A stretch of 64,000 bases of DNA from Marsupella aquatica (taxonomy: Eukaryota > Plantae > Marchantiophyta), in the NCBI GenBank assembly GCA_973895155.1, contig OZ316895.1:1691094-1755093 (forward strand), given 5' to 3'. Below, one piece after another: positions 10,652 to 21,740 of this stretch. Under the pieces are notes generated by a model, which was given only the letters and a program-made list of their open reading frames with translations, ran no database searches and was not told the DNA's origin. The position numbers were made by a program, and so were the translations under genes. Positions within the stretch are counted from its first letter, which is position 1. Each line of letters starts with the position of its first letter.

Positions 10652-12420
10652 TGTCTCACAACTTTCAACTTTGTACGCGCAGTGTCACTGAAATTCTCGT
10701 GTGCAATGTCAGGTTTGCACGACAACTCCTGTGTCCCACAACAATCACTGTTCATGGAAAGTCGAAGCGGGAAATCTGGACACAATTCTGGCGCGAGTAC
10801 TCCTTCGCATCGCGAGTGCCGCGTGGCTACTTGGCTGCCGTGGATTCATTTGGGGGATGGCGAAGGGGCTTGGAATGGCGACCGCCTTCCTGCCCGAAAG
10901 TAGCGGCACACAGGCGAGAAAGTTAGCGGCTTTCTCCAAAAATTTACAGAAGCGGTCACCGTTGGACATGCTTTTCTCCAAAAAACAGCCGCTACTCCGG
11001 GGTTTGCGGGTTACGGAGCTCTTTGCAGGCACCGTTGGAGATGCTCTAATGTCATTAGCATCAGGGGCCTGGTATTGCGGTAGCAAAAGATACTGGAACA
11101 CATAAATTAGAAGAAGGTTTGGGACAAGACAGTTCAAAGATTGATTCAAAGTTCAGATCAATGCACGGAAAACAGATCAGATCAATCAGAGATGATACCA
11201 CTGATTTTTTCATCATCATTTGGCACTAACACTTCCCTCTAAATAGAAAAGCACCAAGTTACTTGGAAAAGTACAATGGGCCAAACAAAGTAGAATGAAG
11301 TAGAAGCTAAAGAGGACAAACACAAACCTCAAAAGGAAAGGGAATTTAAAGCAAATCGCAAAAACCAGTGAAGAACAAAACTAAAATGAAAAACCTATCA
11401 CTGCTAGAGTGTGATGCTCTAATGCTTCATGAGAGCCATAGTCTGCAAGTGAAACATGGAATGGGCCCTCTCATGGGGTAAGGCTGAACAGTACCCACTG
11501 CTAAAGATGTGGTGGGAAAGGGAAAAGGAGAACAAAGGGGTGGGGAGCTAGGGGAGGGGAGGCGCAGAAGAGGACAGTGAATGGGAACATAAGGGAAGGG
11601 GGGGGGGGGGAGGAAACAAGTTAGAGATAAAATAAATAGACACCCAGGGGGAATCAATTTTTCTGCCCATTTTTATTTTTATTCTTAAGAGTGCTTCATA
11701 GCTAGCAAGGGGGCAGAACCACCCAAGCAAAAGGGAACACCAGGGCCACCAACAGGAAAGCCAGGACAACCAAAAGTCCAATAACCTTTGTAACTCTCCC
11801 TACCCATTTTGTGCCTGGCTTCCATTCTCTCCTACCACTTGCAAAATGATACCATCTTTCGAGTCATTTGATAACACAAATTTCATTTCAACGACTAAAC
11901 TCTTTGCATTGGCACACTTTCGGTGACAAGAACAATTCCATGATAACAGCACAGCCAAAACGGCAAGTGTGCAAGTGACACACAGGCGTTGGCGCCTACA
12001 CATACACTTTTGCAATGACAGCATTTTCCTCAACAACAATACCTTCAGAGCAACTGACACAGCTGCCATGACAACTGTGCAATGCATGGGCATAGTCTAC
12101 TGGTACCCTAAAGAACTATCTTGTAACCTGGTCTATATGATCTGTAAGAGTAATCTAGATTTGGAATTTAAGCTGTGGGCTTGTTTTCCTTAGTTAACCT
12201 CCTTGTGATTCAGCTGCATTACAGTTATCCCCCCAGTTATCATAGTCATCCAATTCTGGTATCAATTTGTTTTTTTGTTTTTTGTTCTTCACTGCAAAAA
12301 AAAGGCTTCTCCATCCAATTAGAAATGTTTTGGAATGCTTCCAAGAAGGCATTTGAATTTGCAGCCAAATGAGCTATGGTTTCTTTGAGAAGAGAACAAA
12401 ATGGACACTTCTCCCTCTCA

Positions 12421-13306
12421 TTACAACTGACCAATGACTTCCTCAACTTCTGCTGCGTTGTAGAGGTGATAAGTTGGGGAAACTTTGGCAATGTCCACGT
12501 TGGAATCTGTTACCTTTTCCTTTATAATTAATTGCTTCAAGTCAGCGCCCTCTGATCCAGATCTCGGGGGGGTCACTTCCATGGAAATGGCATATCATGT
12601 GCGATGAAGTATAGGGCCATTTAAATAGTTTTGGCGGAAGACTTATTAAGTCTTCTATGGAAATATAAGGTTGTTTAATTGTAAAATGCATACGTGTCAT
12701 CACATGATTGGTGTCGTACAACTTTCTAGAAAGTGACATAGGGAGGTCATATATAAATGACCCAAACCGTTGCACATGATGTATGACCCTTCATATAGTG
12801 ACCCCCCCCCCGAGATCCAGATCCAATGGCCTTGGCGTTACACTGCCAGAAAGTACCTGAGGGATCTGTGTGGTATAGGCAAGGACCTGTCTCATCATGA
12901 CAAGCAATGAGGAGTGGAACTCCAAATGGTCGTGACATAGAGTCTTCATCACCCTCACCAAAGAACAAAGCAAGGTCACACAATGCTTGAGTTGTTGACT
13001 CTGCGATCATAGGCTCATATTTCTGAGTTTCAACTCGTCCATACTCTATCAGGGTAAATAGGAGCATCCACTCATTGCATATCCAATATGTAAATCAATT
13101 TCCATAATCTTATCAACACTGCTAGGCTCAAGAAGTGTTGAGCTAATTTGCTTCTCAACAGCAAGAACCACCCCTTGCTGAGTCTTTAGACCCACTGCAG
13201 TTGATCCAAGCTTAATAGCCTCAATTGCATATTCCACTTGAAACAGGCGCCCTTCAGGTGAGAAGGTATTGATTCCCCTGTCATACTCACTCCTTGTGAG
13301 AAACAT
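12421..13306 (-). pseudogene. PAE1: Processed (intronless) pseudogene of 20S proteasome alpha-5 subunit
   Basis: [27 protein letters not shown]...[12 protein letters not shown]...NVDIAKVSPTYHLY; frameshift near 13060, internal deletions, MITE insertion, poly(A) remnant at ~12266-12286. Confidence 0.93.
12563..12814. mobile_element. MITE 1 (CTCGGGGG family, 252 bp)
   Basis: TIR CTCGGGGGGGTCACT...AGTGACCCCCCCCCCGAG; perfect 8-bp TSD ATCCAGAT; removal restores AIGSGSEGAD. Confidence 0.93.
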
Positions 13307-14839
13307 GTTGAAGAAGTCGCTGTTTGCGAGGGAAAAGAGAGCTCTCCCAACAGAATTCTTGTCTGTCCGTGCGCAAGGAGAAATCGCAGGGGAGAGGGGA
13401 CAAAACCAGTCGAGCTTATGCAGATTCTCAGTTTTTTTCAGATGGTGTCAATGGCAAAAATCAGGAGTTCCGATTGCCCACTAGACGTCAAAATAAACTG
13501 ATAATTACATTGCCTTAGCCTAAGAACAAGAAAATGTCAATTCAGACACAGCATCCCAAATGCAGGAGACCCAATAAAGGGGGGCAAAACCAGTGTAACA
13601 ATAGAGGTAAAACACATCGTGAAAATCCCCAGGATGACCAAAGGGCCAAACAAGGCCAAAAGTCAAGCAGAGAAATTATAGGCCAACTCCCACTTATGCA
13701 GCCCTGAAGAATTCAGTCCCTCAACCAACTGGCTTTGGCCACTTGGCCAAGGGATTAGCCTAGAACCCAGAGGTCCCAGGTTAAATCCCCCCATCCACAC
13801 GCAAAGGGTGCAGAGCCTGGTACCAATTTGTTGCAATGCTACTTCCCACACATGTATTTAGTGAAGTAAAAAAATCCCTACACTAGTACATTCTATAGTG
13901 TAGTTTGTGTCACTTACATTAGTTATGGAAATCTGCTCATTGTGGTGTGATCCCAAAACCTTTGAATGAAACTATGAATCTTGTTGTAAGGGGAAAATAT
14001 GATTGGAAACAGGAATATTTGAAAGATAACACATACAAAGAATACATTAAATCATTACTTTCACATTAATCATTCACTCAGAAAATTTTCTATCAGGTGT
14101 TTTCATAGGAATCATTGATTTAAGTCTGATGTTAGTATACTGCATGATTAGTGTTATTTGAGCTCAAAACCTTCTCTACTCACATATTTCTGTTAATGGT
14201 CAAGATATATAACCGATAGTTATGGCAAAAAGTTACGAGTCATGAATTTGGCAATTGATCACTTTCTATGTCCGTACCTTAACTACTGAGTCAAGATCTG
14301 AAGCTTTGAGGACCCCTTCTAAACAAACAAAGAACCAGTGACAAATTAATTTCTAGCATCAAACATGCAAATCAAGCACACACAGAAGCAAACTCAGCAA
14401 CGTACTTGTACAAGCTTCTCAGTCTGCCTTCTCAATCGACTCCAGTTGCAACTTAGGCTTCTCACTCACCCTGTGGATGAGGGGCTTCAAGTCGAACAAG
14501 CACCGCACGATCTTCTCCCAATACAATTCGTAGACACCTCAGGGAAGGCCTTTGATCAGTCCTATGTAGGCGCCCGTCAAGCTCTTGTAGCTCACACAAA
14601 ATATAGGAGTTCCTCGATCAGTCAATCTGCTCTCGTGCGAATCACTAACAGGTTCCTTGAATTGAGTTCTTTTGTCTTGGAAAGTCTGCGGTGTTGATTA
14701 GAGTGTACCAACTTCTGAGAGCCAACAGAGGGAAGGCCTGCCCAGTGCGGGTGATGCCAGCTTCCTTGCTCGTTCTGACACTGCAGAACATGCACGTTAT
14801 GAGCTTTGTACCCGTTCTGAGTTTTTTGTTAAATAAGAA

Positions 14840-15170
14840 ATGTCTTCCGCGATTAAGAAAAGAGACACTGACAACAACGCGGAGAGGATTTTGCACGGTT
14901 GAAGATTGATTGTGTTGTAATATATTACGTTTTGAGTGCACAGGAATTTCGGCACGCGATAGACAATAACCAACACCAACATTCAGTGGACCGCATTTTG
15001 AACGAACAGGAATTTACGCACCTGTCTGATGGCCGGTACCCAGTCTGCCAGAGTACAAGAGCAATAAATGCTTCAGCGAACGAGCCCCTAGCAATATGTA
15101 GGACTGCAAGATTGTACAGGACTGCAAACTACTGTACAAAACATGGACCTCAGAACCGGGGCTCGCTAAG
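14840..15170 (+). repeat. Diverged duplicate of 17315-17635
   Basis: Collinear shared blocks CAACGCGG.GAGGA.TTGCACGGTTG, CCAGAGTACAAGAGCAA, GGACCTCAGAAC.GGGGCTCGC. Confidence 0.8.
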
Positions 15171-17149
15171 GCCTGTGGGACCACCAAAAGTTAGTAAAAG
15201 TTATTGTTAAATTTGAGTGAGTTACTCCATTCCTGAGTAATTGGAGAATCCTGTTTGCTGAATTTGACCTCTGACCTGTGCTTCGGTCCAATGAATCTCG
15301 CTTGATGAATCAGACCAATCAAAACATTGGAATGTGCAAAATTCTCAAAGAAATTTCAATCCAATGCTCTCGAGCAACTCAATTGTGCCAATTTTATGTA
15401 CAATTGCCATCTCTCTCAAAATCTTACTGACAGCGATTGAGTTGTAGCCGTAGCTCACAATCGTGTTCCACAATTGAGTAACGACTTCATCCCCTGCAGT
15501 CATGCCATGTTAAAGAGTCTGCTACGGTAATGCGAGTTTCTTAGTGAAAGGCCGTTTGGCACACACTCACGATGATTCCCTGTTCAGAACTAATCGAACA
15601 CACGGGAGCAAGCAGCGCAATTCAATCATCCAATCCTAGCTATGTGAATCAGAATCATCAGCATCGGCAAGGTCCTCTGATGTTCCTCTGAAAGCCAGTG
15701 CGCAAGTGTGATCCCCAACGTACAAGAGGGGTACTACAAGATAAAAATCATGAAAGAGGCCGGAAAGATGATTGCAGTAAAATACAATTTTCATACTAAA
15801 GTTTGACCAAGTCGGATAAATTTTGTTGAGATAACTACAGTAAGAAGCGAAATATGGGTGATAGTTGCGGTTGGAACCAATCGCGATTACTTAACTAAAA
15901 CAAACTTAACTTAACAATATAACTTTTAACAATACAAACTTAACAATAACTTTTACTTAACTTAATAACATCTTCTCAATGTGTACCTATATTACTTGGT
16001 GTGTCCTTAGTTAGAGTCCTAGACGTCGCTTTTCATGTTGAGCAAAATAGAAAGTAGAAGAGCTCCCGAAACCACAAACTATTCAAATTCTGAGCTCAAG
16101 ACACATTTCTTCTTGTTTTACTAGAGAGCTGAAGGCCCCTTCCAGTTCCCCTCAAAACGACACTTGACCTTCAAGTAGATATGTACTCTCTCGTTCTCAG
16201 TGGGCTTCCTTAAACAAAGACATAGACAAGAAGGTAACGCCATCTGTTCTCATTAGACTCTCCGATCTGTTTCCGTCTGTTAGCATCTCTGAAATAATCT
16301 CCTTGTCCAACACTTGCTATTCGAGTTGTGACGTTCAAAGAATGATTAGGATGTTCCGCAATCTCCGCAAAAATAGGGACAACCTCCCAAGTTGATTGCC
16401 TGGCCAATCTAGCACTTTGGACAAGAGTTCACCTATCCCAGACTGTAAGGTTGAATTGCAAATAACAGAGAGCACAGAGTTCATAATTGAGTGTTCAGGA
16501 AAGATGGAAGAGGAGAAGAATCGAAAAGAGCACCTAGGCACAAACGAGACAGCAAGAAAATGGGTGACTTCATCGGGCTAAACGTATTGGCATGCAAAAC
16601 GTCATGAATACCGAATAGCAGTTGCCAGAGCTATCTGATTTAGGTGCAAAACAAAATTCCAAACGTCAACTACACAAAAATGACATTCAAAGCTTACAGA
16701 ATCGTCAAAAGCTGACGACACTCATGGAGAGACACTGAGGACCACTACTTTGTGCATGGAGTCCCCGAACGACAAGAACAAACTCCTCACCATGACTTGA
16801 CTAAGTGCTTGTGCATGTGTTGGCAGTCGTTTGTGACCTCGAGAATCTTCATTCAAAAGTGGACGACCCCGCTGCGACAAGAACTTACGGGACTGGCGGG
16901 TGAAAAAGCTTATGAAAAGTTAAGTTCCAAGTTTCTTGGCACTTAACTTTCTAGTTAAGTACTCGCCCAGCGAGTGAACCTAACTAGTGCTCCTTACTGA
17001 CTTTAACTATGACATTTAACTAAGCACACCACTTGAGCCGGCGGGAACCTACGCCTAGTTTTCTTTACACTTAACAATATTAGTCATAAACATAACTTTA
17101 GGTGGGAACCCACCCAGCCTCTTTCTCTAACCAGTCAGAGGGAACAAAT

Positions 17150-17310
17150 CAATCAATGCAGGGAAGGACCGAAGGAGCCACGAGGAATGTGCTGTGTTGA
17201 ATTCGACATCGAAACAGTAGATAAGCTGCAATTTCCCCGTCTCTACCATGTCTAGGACTTACCTGCAGCTGCTACTCTCCTATGCAGCGAGAGCCGAACT
17301 GTACAAAGGG
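17150..17310 (+). repeat. Diverged duplicate of the proximal upstream segment 17690-17812
   Basis: GAAGGAGCCACGAGGAATGTG.TGTGTTGA, GATAAGCTGCAATTT and GCGAGAGCCGAAC.GTACAA occur in both. Confidence 0.8.
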
Positions 17311-17874
17311 TAGAGACATCTTCTGAGATTAAAAAAAAGAGACCCTGCACAGCAACGCGGCGAGGAATTGCACGGTTGTAGAAATGTTCTTGTTGAAATA
17401 TTATGTTCTCACTGGACAGGAATCTCGGCACGTGGTAGAAAATAACAACATTCAATTGACAGCATGTTAAAAGGAACAAGACTTTAGGCACATGGCCGGT
17501 AGCCAATCTCCCAGAGTACAAGAGCAACAAATGGTTCAGAGAAGCAGCCACTCGCAACACGCAGGAAGACAAGATTGTATCCGACTGCAAGATAGCTTAC
17601 AGTGAAAGGACCTCAGAACTGGGGCTCGCCTAGTCCAGCGGTACAGCAAGGCAGTATGTTTCTCGAACGAGTCTCCAGAGGTAGAACCCATCAATTGATG
17701 CAACCAAAGGGCTGAAGGAGCCACGAGGAATGTGGTGTGTTGATAAGCTGCAATTTTACCTCCATCTGCCATTGTCCTATTCGAGCGCGGCGAGAGCCGA
17801 ACGGTACAAGGGGGTCCCAAGTGAGCCTCTCCTCACGACACAGAACTTTCTTCCACTACATTTCTACAGAATCC

Positions 17875-20800
17875 ATGGCAGATTCGCAAGAACGCACGGG
17901 TCGCGAGGCGCTGAAGGACGAAATGGACACTGACCTCAAGGACTGGGATGACGATTGTCTCCTCGAGATCATGCGGCCCTTGAAAGAGGATTGTAGCCTC
18001 TTGAACGACCGGCGGGCAGCTGTGCTTCATCTGGATACAGATCCGGAAGAACGCACCGGTGGCAACTCGCTGAAGGACGAACTTGACGCGGAACTCAAGG
18101 ACTTGGCTGGCGATTGTATTAAGGTCATGCGGCTCTTGAAAGATGATTCGAGCCTCTTGAAAGAGCGGGCGTTAGCTGTGCTTCATCTGGGTGTAAGCAG
18201 AGGCTGCATCGAAATCGTGGAGCAAGTTGTCAAGTTCTGCAGGGGAGAAGACAACCTCGGTGGCAGGTCAGAAAAGGATAAGCAAAGTGTCGAGTTTTCA
18301 ACAGACGAAGAAATCATTGCTTTAAGTGGCAACGAAGACGCATCCACAGGAGCCCCAGATGAGTTTCACACCAAGGCAGACTGTAAGATCGAAACCAGCG
18401 GTGCTGATTCTTTTCATTCTGAAGATGATGCTATTCGCGTGGCACCGGACAAAGGTACTAGTAGCCATCTTTTAAGCTTGACCAATGATCTTGCCTTGCT
18501 GGATAGCGAAGTTGACGAAATGAAAGTCCTCGACTTTGATGAACTGTTAATGGCAAAGTATTTGTACTCTGGTCCCGCTCGCGAATTGGACGCACGGGCA
18601 GTGGCACTAGTAAACGGAAACCTTGATGTCCTTGCTTTACTCTTAAGTAAGACACGGAGCGTTTCCCTGATTGACCGCCGCAGGGACCAAATTAGGAAAA
18701 TCACGGAAGGAGTTGTTGAGAGGATCAAAGGAGACTCTCGTTCTCTGAGAGTCTGCCAAAGAATCTTCGATGCGTGGAGGAACGACCGGGAATTCAATTT
18801 TCTCTTCTGGGATTTTGATCTCTGTAAAGAGCGAGTATCAGAGTACCTGTTTCACTTTCTGTTCACCATTCGACGTCAGGGGGACCGATGGGGCCCTTCG
18901 AGAGAAGCAGAGCTCATTCTAAAGTGCTTGTGGCGGCAGGTTTGGGAGTACCAGACTCCACCAGGGGAAGACCCACTTTGGCAGTCGCTCTTGAAGCTCC
19001 ATGATGCGCAGGGGAGAACCCCATTCCATGTTGCGGTGGATACGAGGTCAGTAGACGCTTTCGGGGAGCTGTACCGTAATTTCCCACTGAGCGATCAACT
19101 AAGAGTCTTTGAATTTGCAATGAAGCTACCTGATGGTTTAGGCCGAACGGTTTGGCACCGACACATCGTACTAGGCTACCGGGAGAGGGGGATCCCATCA
19201 GACATCCTTAGTATGCGCCGGAATTGGGAGCTCAGAAACATGCACGAGCGGTTCGCCGAAGCGTGCTGGAGGCAGAACATAGATTATCCCTTTTTTTTCG
19301 ACCTGAAGACAAATACCCACGCTTACGGAACGCTTTGGCAACAGCCGATGGAGGATCCCGTTCTCTGTTTGCAACGGCTGGGGATAGATGTGTATCTTGA
19401 ATCGAATGATGTCTCTGCAGAGAATGGCTTTGGATGGACGAGAGATATTTATCTTACAACCCCTCTCCACAGCGCAATTATGCACGAGAGCGAATTAATC
19501 TATTACGGAAGCAAGACATTCTCCCCACAAGATACTCCCTTCCATGGGTACCAATATGGCGACTTAGATACGTTAGAGCTTGCGACTCTGAGAGGCCAAG
19601 TGGAGACGGTGAAACTGCTACTTCATGTGAGTACCAGACCTTTATCCACTCTTGGTTATTGCAATTGTGAGGGACTTTGATTGCTCTTTCAAGTTATTAT
19701 CGTTGACATTTTCTGGGCTCTGTGACCAGTTGCAAATGGCGCATTCTTTGCAATTCTTTCATATTTGAAGATTGTCATTCTGTTAAAACCATAAACAGGG
19801 TCTAAAGTTTAGTGCATGATTTCCTGAAGTTTTTATCCCGCTGAATGTAATAATGAACATGTAGGATCTTGTGTTCTAGTCTGCTGAACAGGGCCTCCAA
19901 AAAAGAGGGCAAAATTCTGAAGGGGGAAGAAATTCTAAGTATGGATGGCTTGGACTCTGGAAACAACTTCAATATCCTGGCCGGGGGAAAAATTCTCAGT
20001 ATGGATGGCTAGCCGGAAAATGGGCACATGAAGAATATTCTCATCGTCTTCCTTCACCAAGCATTCATATTGCTGCAAGTTCTGGTAACTATGAGCTCTT
20101 GAAAGCTTTTGTAGAGTCCAAAATATGTGATCCATACATTGAAGACACCCACAAACGCACTGTTCTTCATGCTGTCCTGGACCCCAGCGATCTCACAATT
20201 AAGGGTCATTTACTTGACTTTGTGAATGTCAAGTACATTAGACCAAATTATCTGGGGACCCCAGCATATGAGAGTGCCATTGTTGAGAGACAAGGATGCA
20301 TCAACCTCTTGTTACAGTGTGGATGTGACATCTTCAAGGTCGACAAGAATGGGCAAGCTCCGTACCCAAAAGGTAGCTTGAGCACCCACAAGGACTTCCT
20401 TTCATGGTGGTATGACAGGCAATTGAAGGAGTTTACTGCAAGTCAAAATGCCATGAGTTTTGCTACAAATGCAATTTCAGTCATGGCAACATTGGTTGCA
20501 ACAGCATCATATGTGGGACCATTGCAGCCCCCACTTGGCTATAGTAGTGGAGATGGGCCTAATCAAATACAAGCCAAGTACATATGGGTGAGAATTTTTA
20601 TTGTTTGTGATACACTGTCCTTCTATCTAGCAATTGCTGCCATTACTTTTTCTCTGATTCCTGCGCTTCCAATGCCACAACAGCCAATGGCAGCCGAATT
20701 AGAAAGAACTCGTGGGATGATCATCTTGGCAGTTGCAACCCTTTTCCCATCCATTGTTTGTATACTCTTAGCTTTTGCTGCAGGTTCTGTTGTTGTGATA

Positions 20801-21157
20801 AGTGCCAATGGTATATCATCACTTGGAGGAGATTTGACAATTATCACAGCTTCCATAGGTGGTGCCATTTGTTTGATAGGTTTTCTCTTGCTGTTTATTC
20901 GGTTGTTGGGGATTGTTTTTCCTAGAACTCAGTGGGTCAGGAAAATGTATGATGTAACATCTGTTCTTCCCCAAAGGGGATTTACTTTTGTGCGGGTCAC
21001 AAGGAAAATCCGTAGGGTTAGGAAGAAAATCCGGAGGGTTAGGAGGAAAATCCATTTAAGAAATGCATTTGGTGGATGGATAGAATCCTGGGACTGTACC
21101 CGGAAATTTGAACAAAGCAATGAGACTGGAACATCTGAGAGTGAAATCTCAGACTAG
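17875..21157 (+). CDS. Ankyrin-repeat plus PGG-domain transmembrane protein (ACD6/ITN1-like), 2 exons (17875-19626, ~19880-21157), ~1000 aa
   Basis: Ankyrin motifs DAQGRTPFHVAV, TTPLHSAI, SIHIAASSGN; PGG-like ATLVATASYVGPLQPPLG followed by hydrophobic helices; phase-0 GT..AG intron keeps the frame. Confidence 0.85.
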
Positions 21158-21347
21158 CTACCTTTTGTAGTGTTTTGAGACATTGTTTTTACGTCCAATA
21201 AAGTTGAATGTGTACTTCAAAGATTTTGGACTAGTCTGGGAGAAAGATCTACAGATCATTGCAAGAAGGCTTCATATTGACACTTGTCAAGAGCCTATCA
21301 CTTGAAGAAAGGTACACAGTGAGAGTGAAGGCTTCATGGTATAGATA

Positions 21348-21740
21348 TGACAATTATCACAGCTTTCATAGGTGGTGCCATTTGTTTAGAAGCTTTCTCT
21401 TGCTGTCTATTCGGTTGCCGGGATTGTTTTTCCTAGAATTAGGCAGGTCAGGAAACTTTATGATTTAACATCTGTTTTCTCCAGAGTGGAATTACTTTTG
21501 TGTGGGTAAGGAGGAATGTCAACAATTTAAGAACTGCATTTGCCAAATGGATAAAATCCTGGAATTGTACCCTGATATTCAGACACCAATGAGACTGAAA
21601 TAGCAGACTAGCTACCCTTTGTATAGTCTTGAGACAATTTTCACTTGCAATAAAGTTGTGTACTTCAAAGCTTTTTGGACTTGTCTGCAAGAAATATGTA
21701 CAGATTTCAAGAAGGCTTCATATTGATACTTGTCAAGAGG
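21348..21740 (+). repeat. Tandem partial duplicate of the ankyrin-PGG last-exon 3' end and 3' UTR (20836-21292)
   Basis: GACAATTATCACAGCTT.CATAGGTGGTGCCATTTGTTT ... CAAGAAGGCTTCATATTGA.ACTTGTCAAGAG in both; the copy is frameshifted. Confidence 0.9.

Larger units (their letters stand above)
6869..11046. mobile_element. PIF/Harbinger (Pong-like) DNA transposon, structurally complete, 4178 bp
   Basis: Perfect 16-bp TIR GAGCATCTCCAACGGT (6869-6884 / 11031-11046); TAA TSD (6866-6868, 11047-11049); transposase and Myb-like ORFs. Confidence 0.97.

Noticed and set aside
11200-11790. Strand-biased tracts (also 53040-53870) as LINE 3' ends
   Set aside because: Composition is suggestive, but I could not identify RT/endonuclease remnants or TSDs
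12554-12823. 10-bp TSD (GATCCAGATC) with TCGGGG termini, i.e. a Mutator-like reading of the MITEs
   Set aside because: Fits MITE 1 only. In MITE 2 both outer bases mismatch and in MITE 3 the last one does, while a terminal C...G pair is invariant in all three, so an 8-bp TSD is the simpler reading
12747-13306. Functional proteasome subunit ORFs
   Set aside because: Frameshift, deletions and a MITE insertion
17737-17874. N-terminal extension of the ankyrin ORF from a TTG start (likewise DnaJ 50700-50765)
   Set aside because: Non-ATG starts from the ORF caller; downstream ATGs fit the protein families
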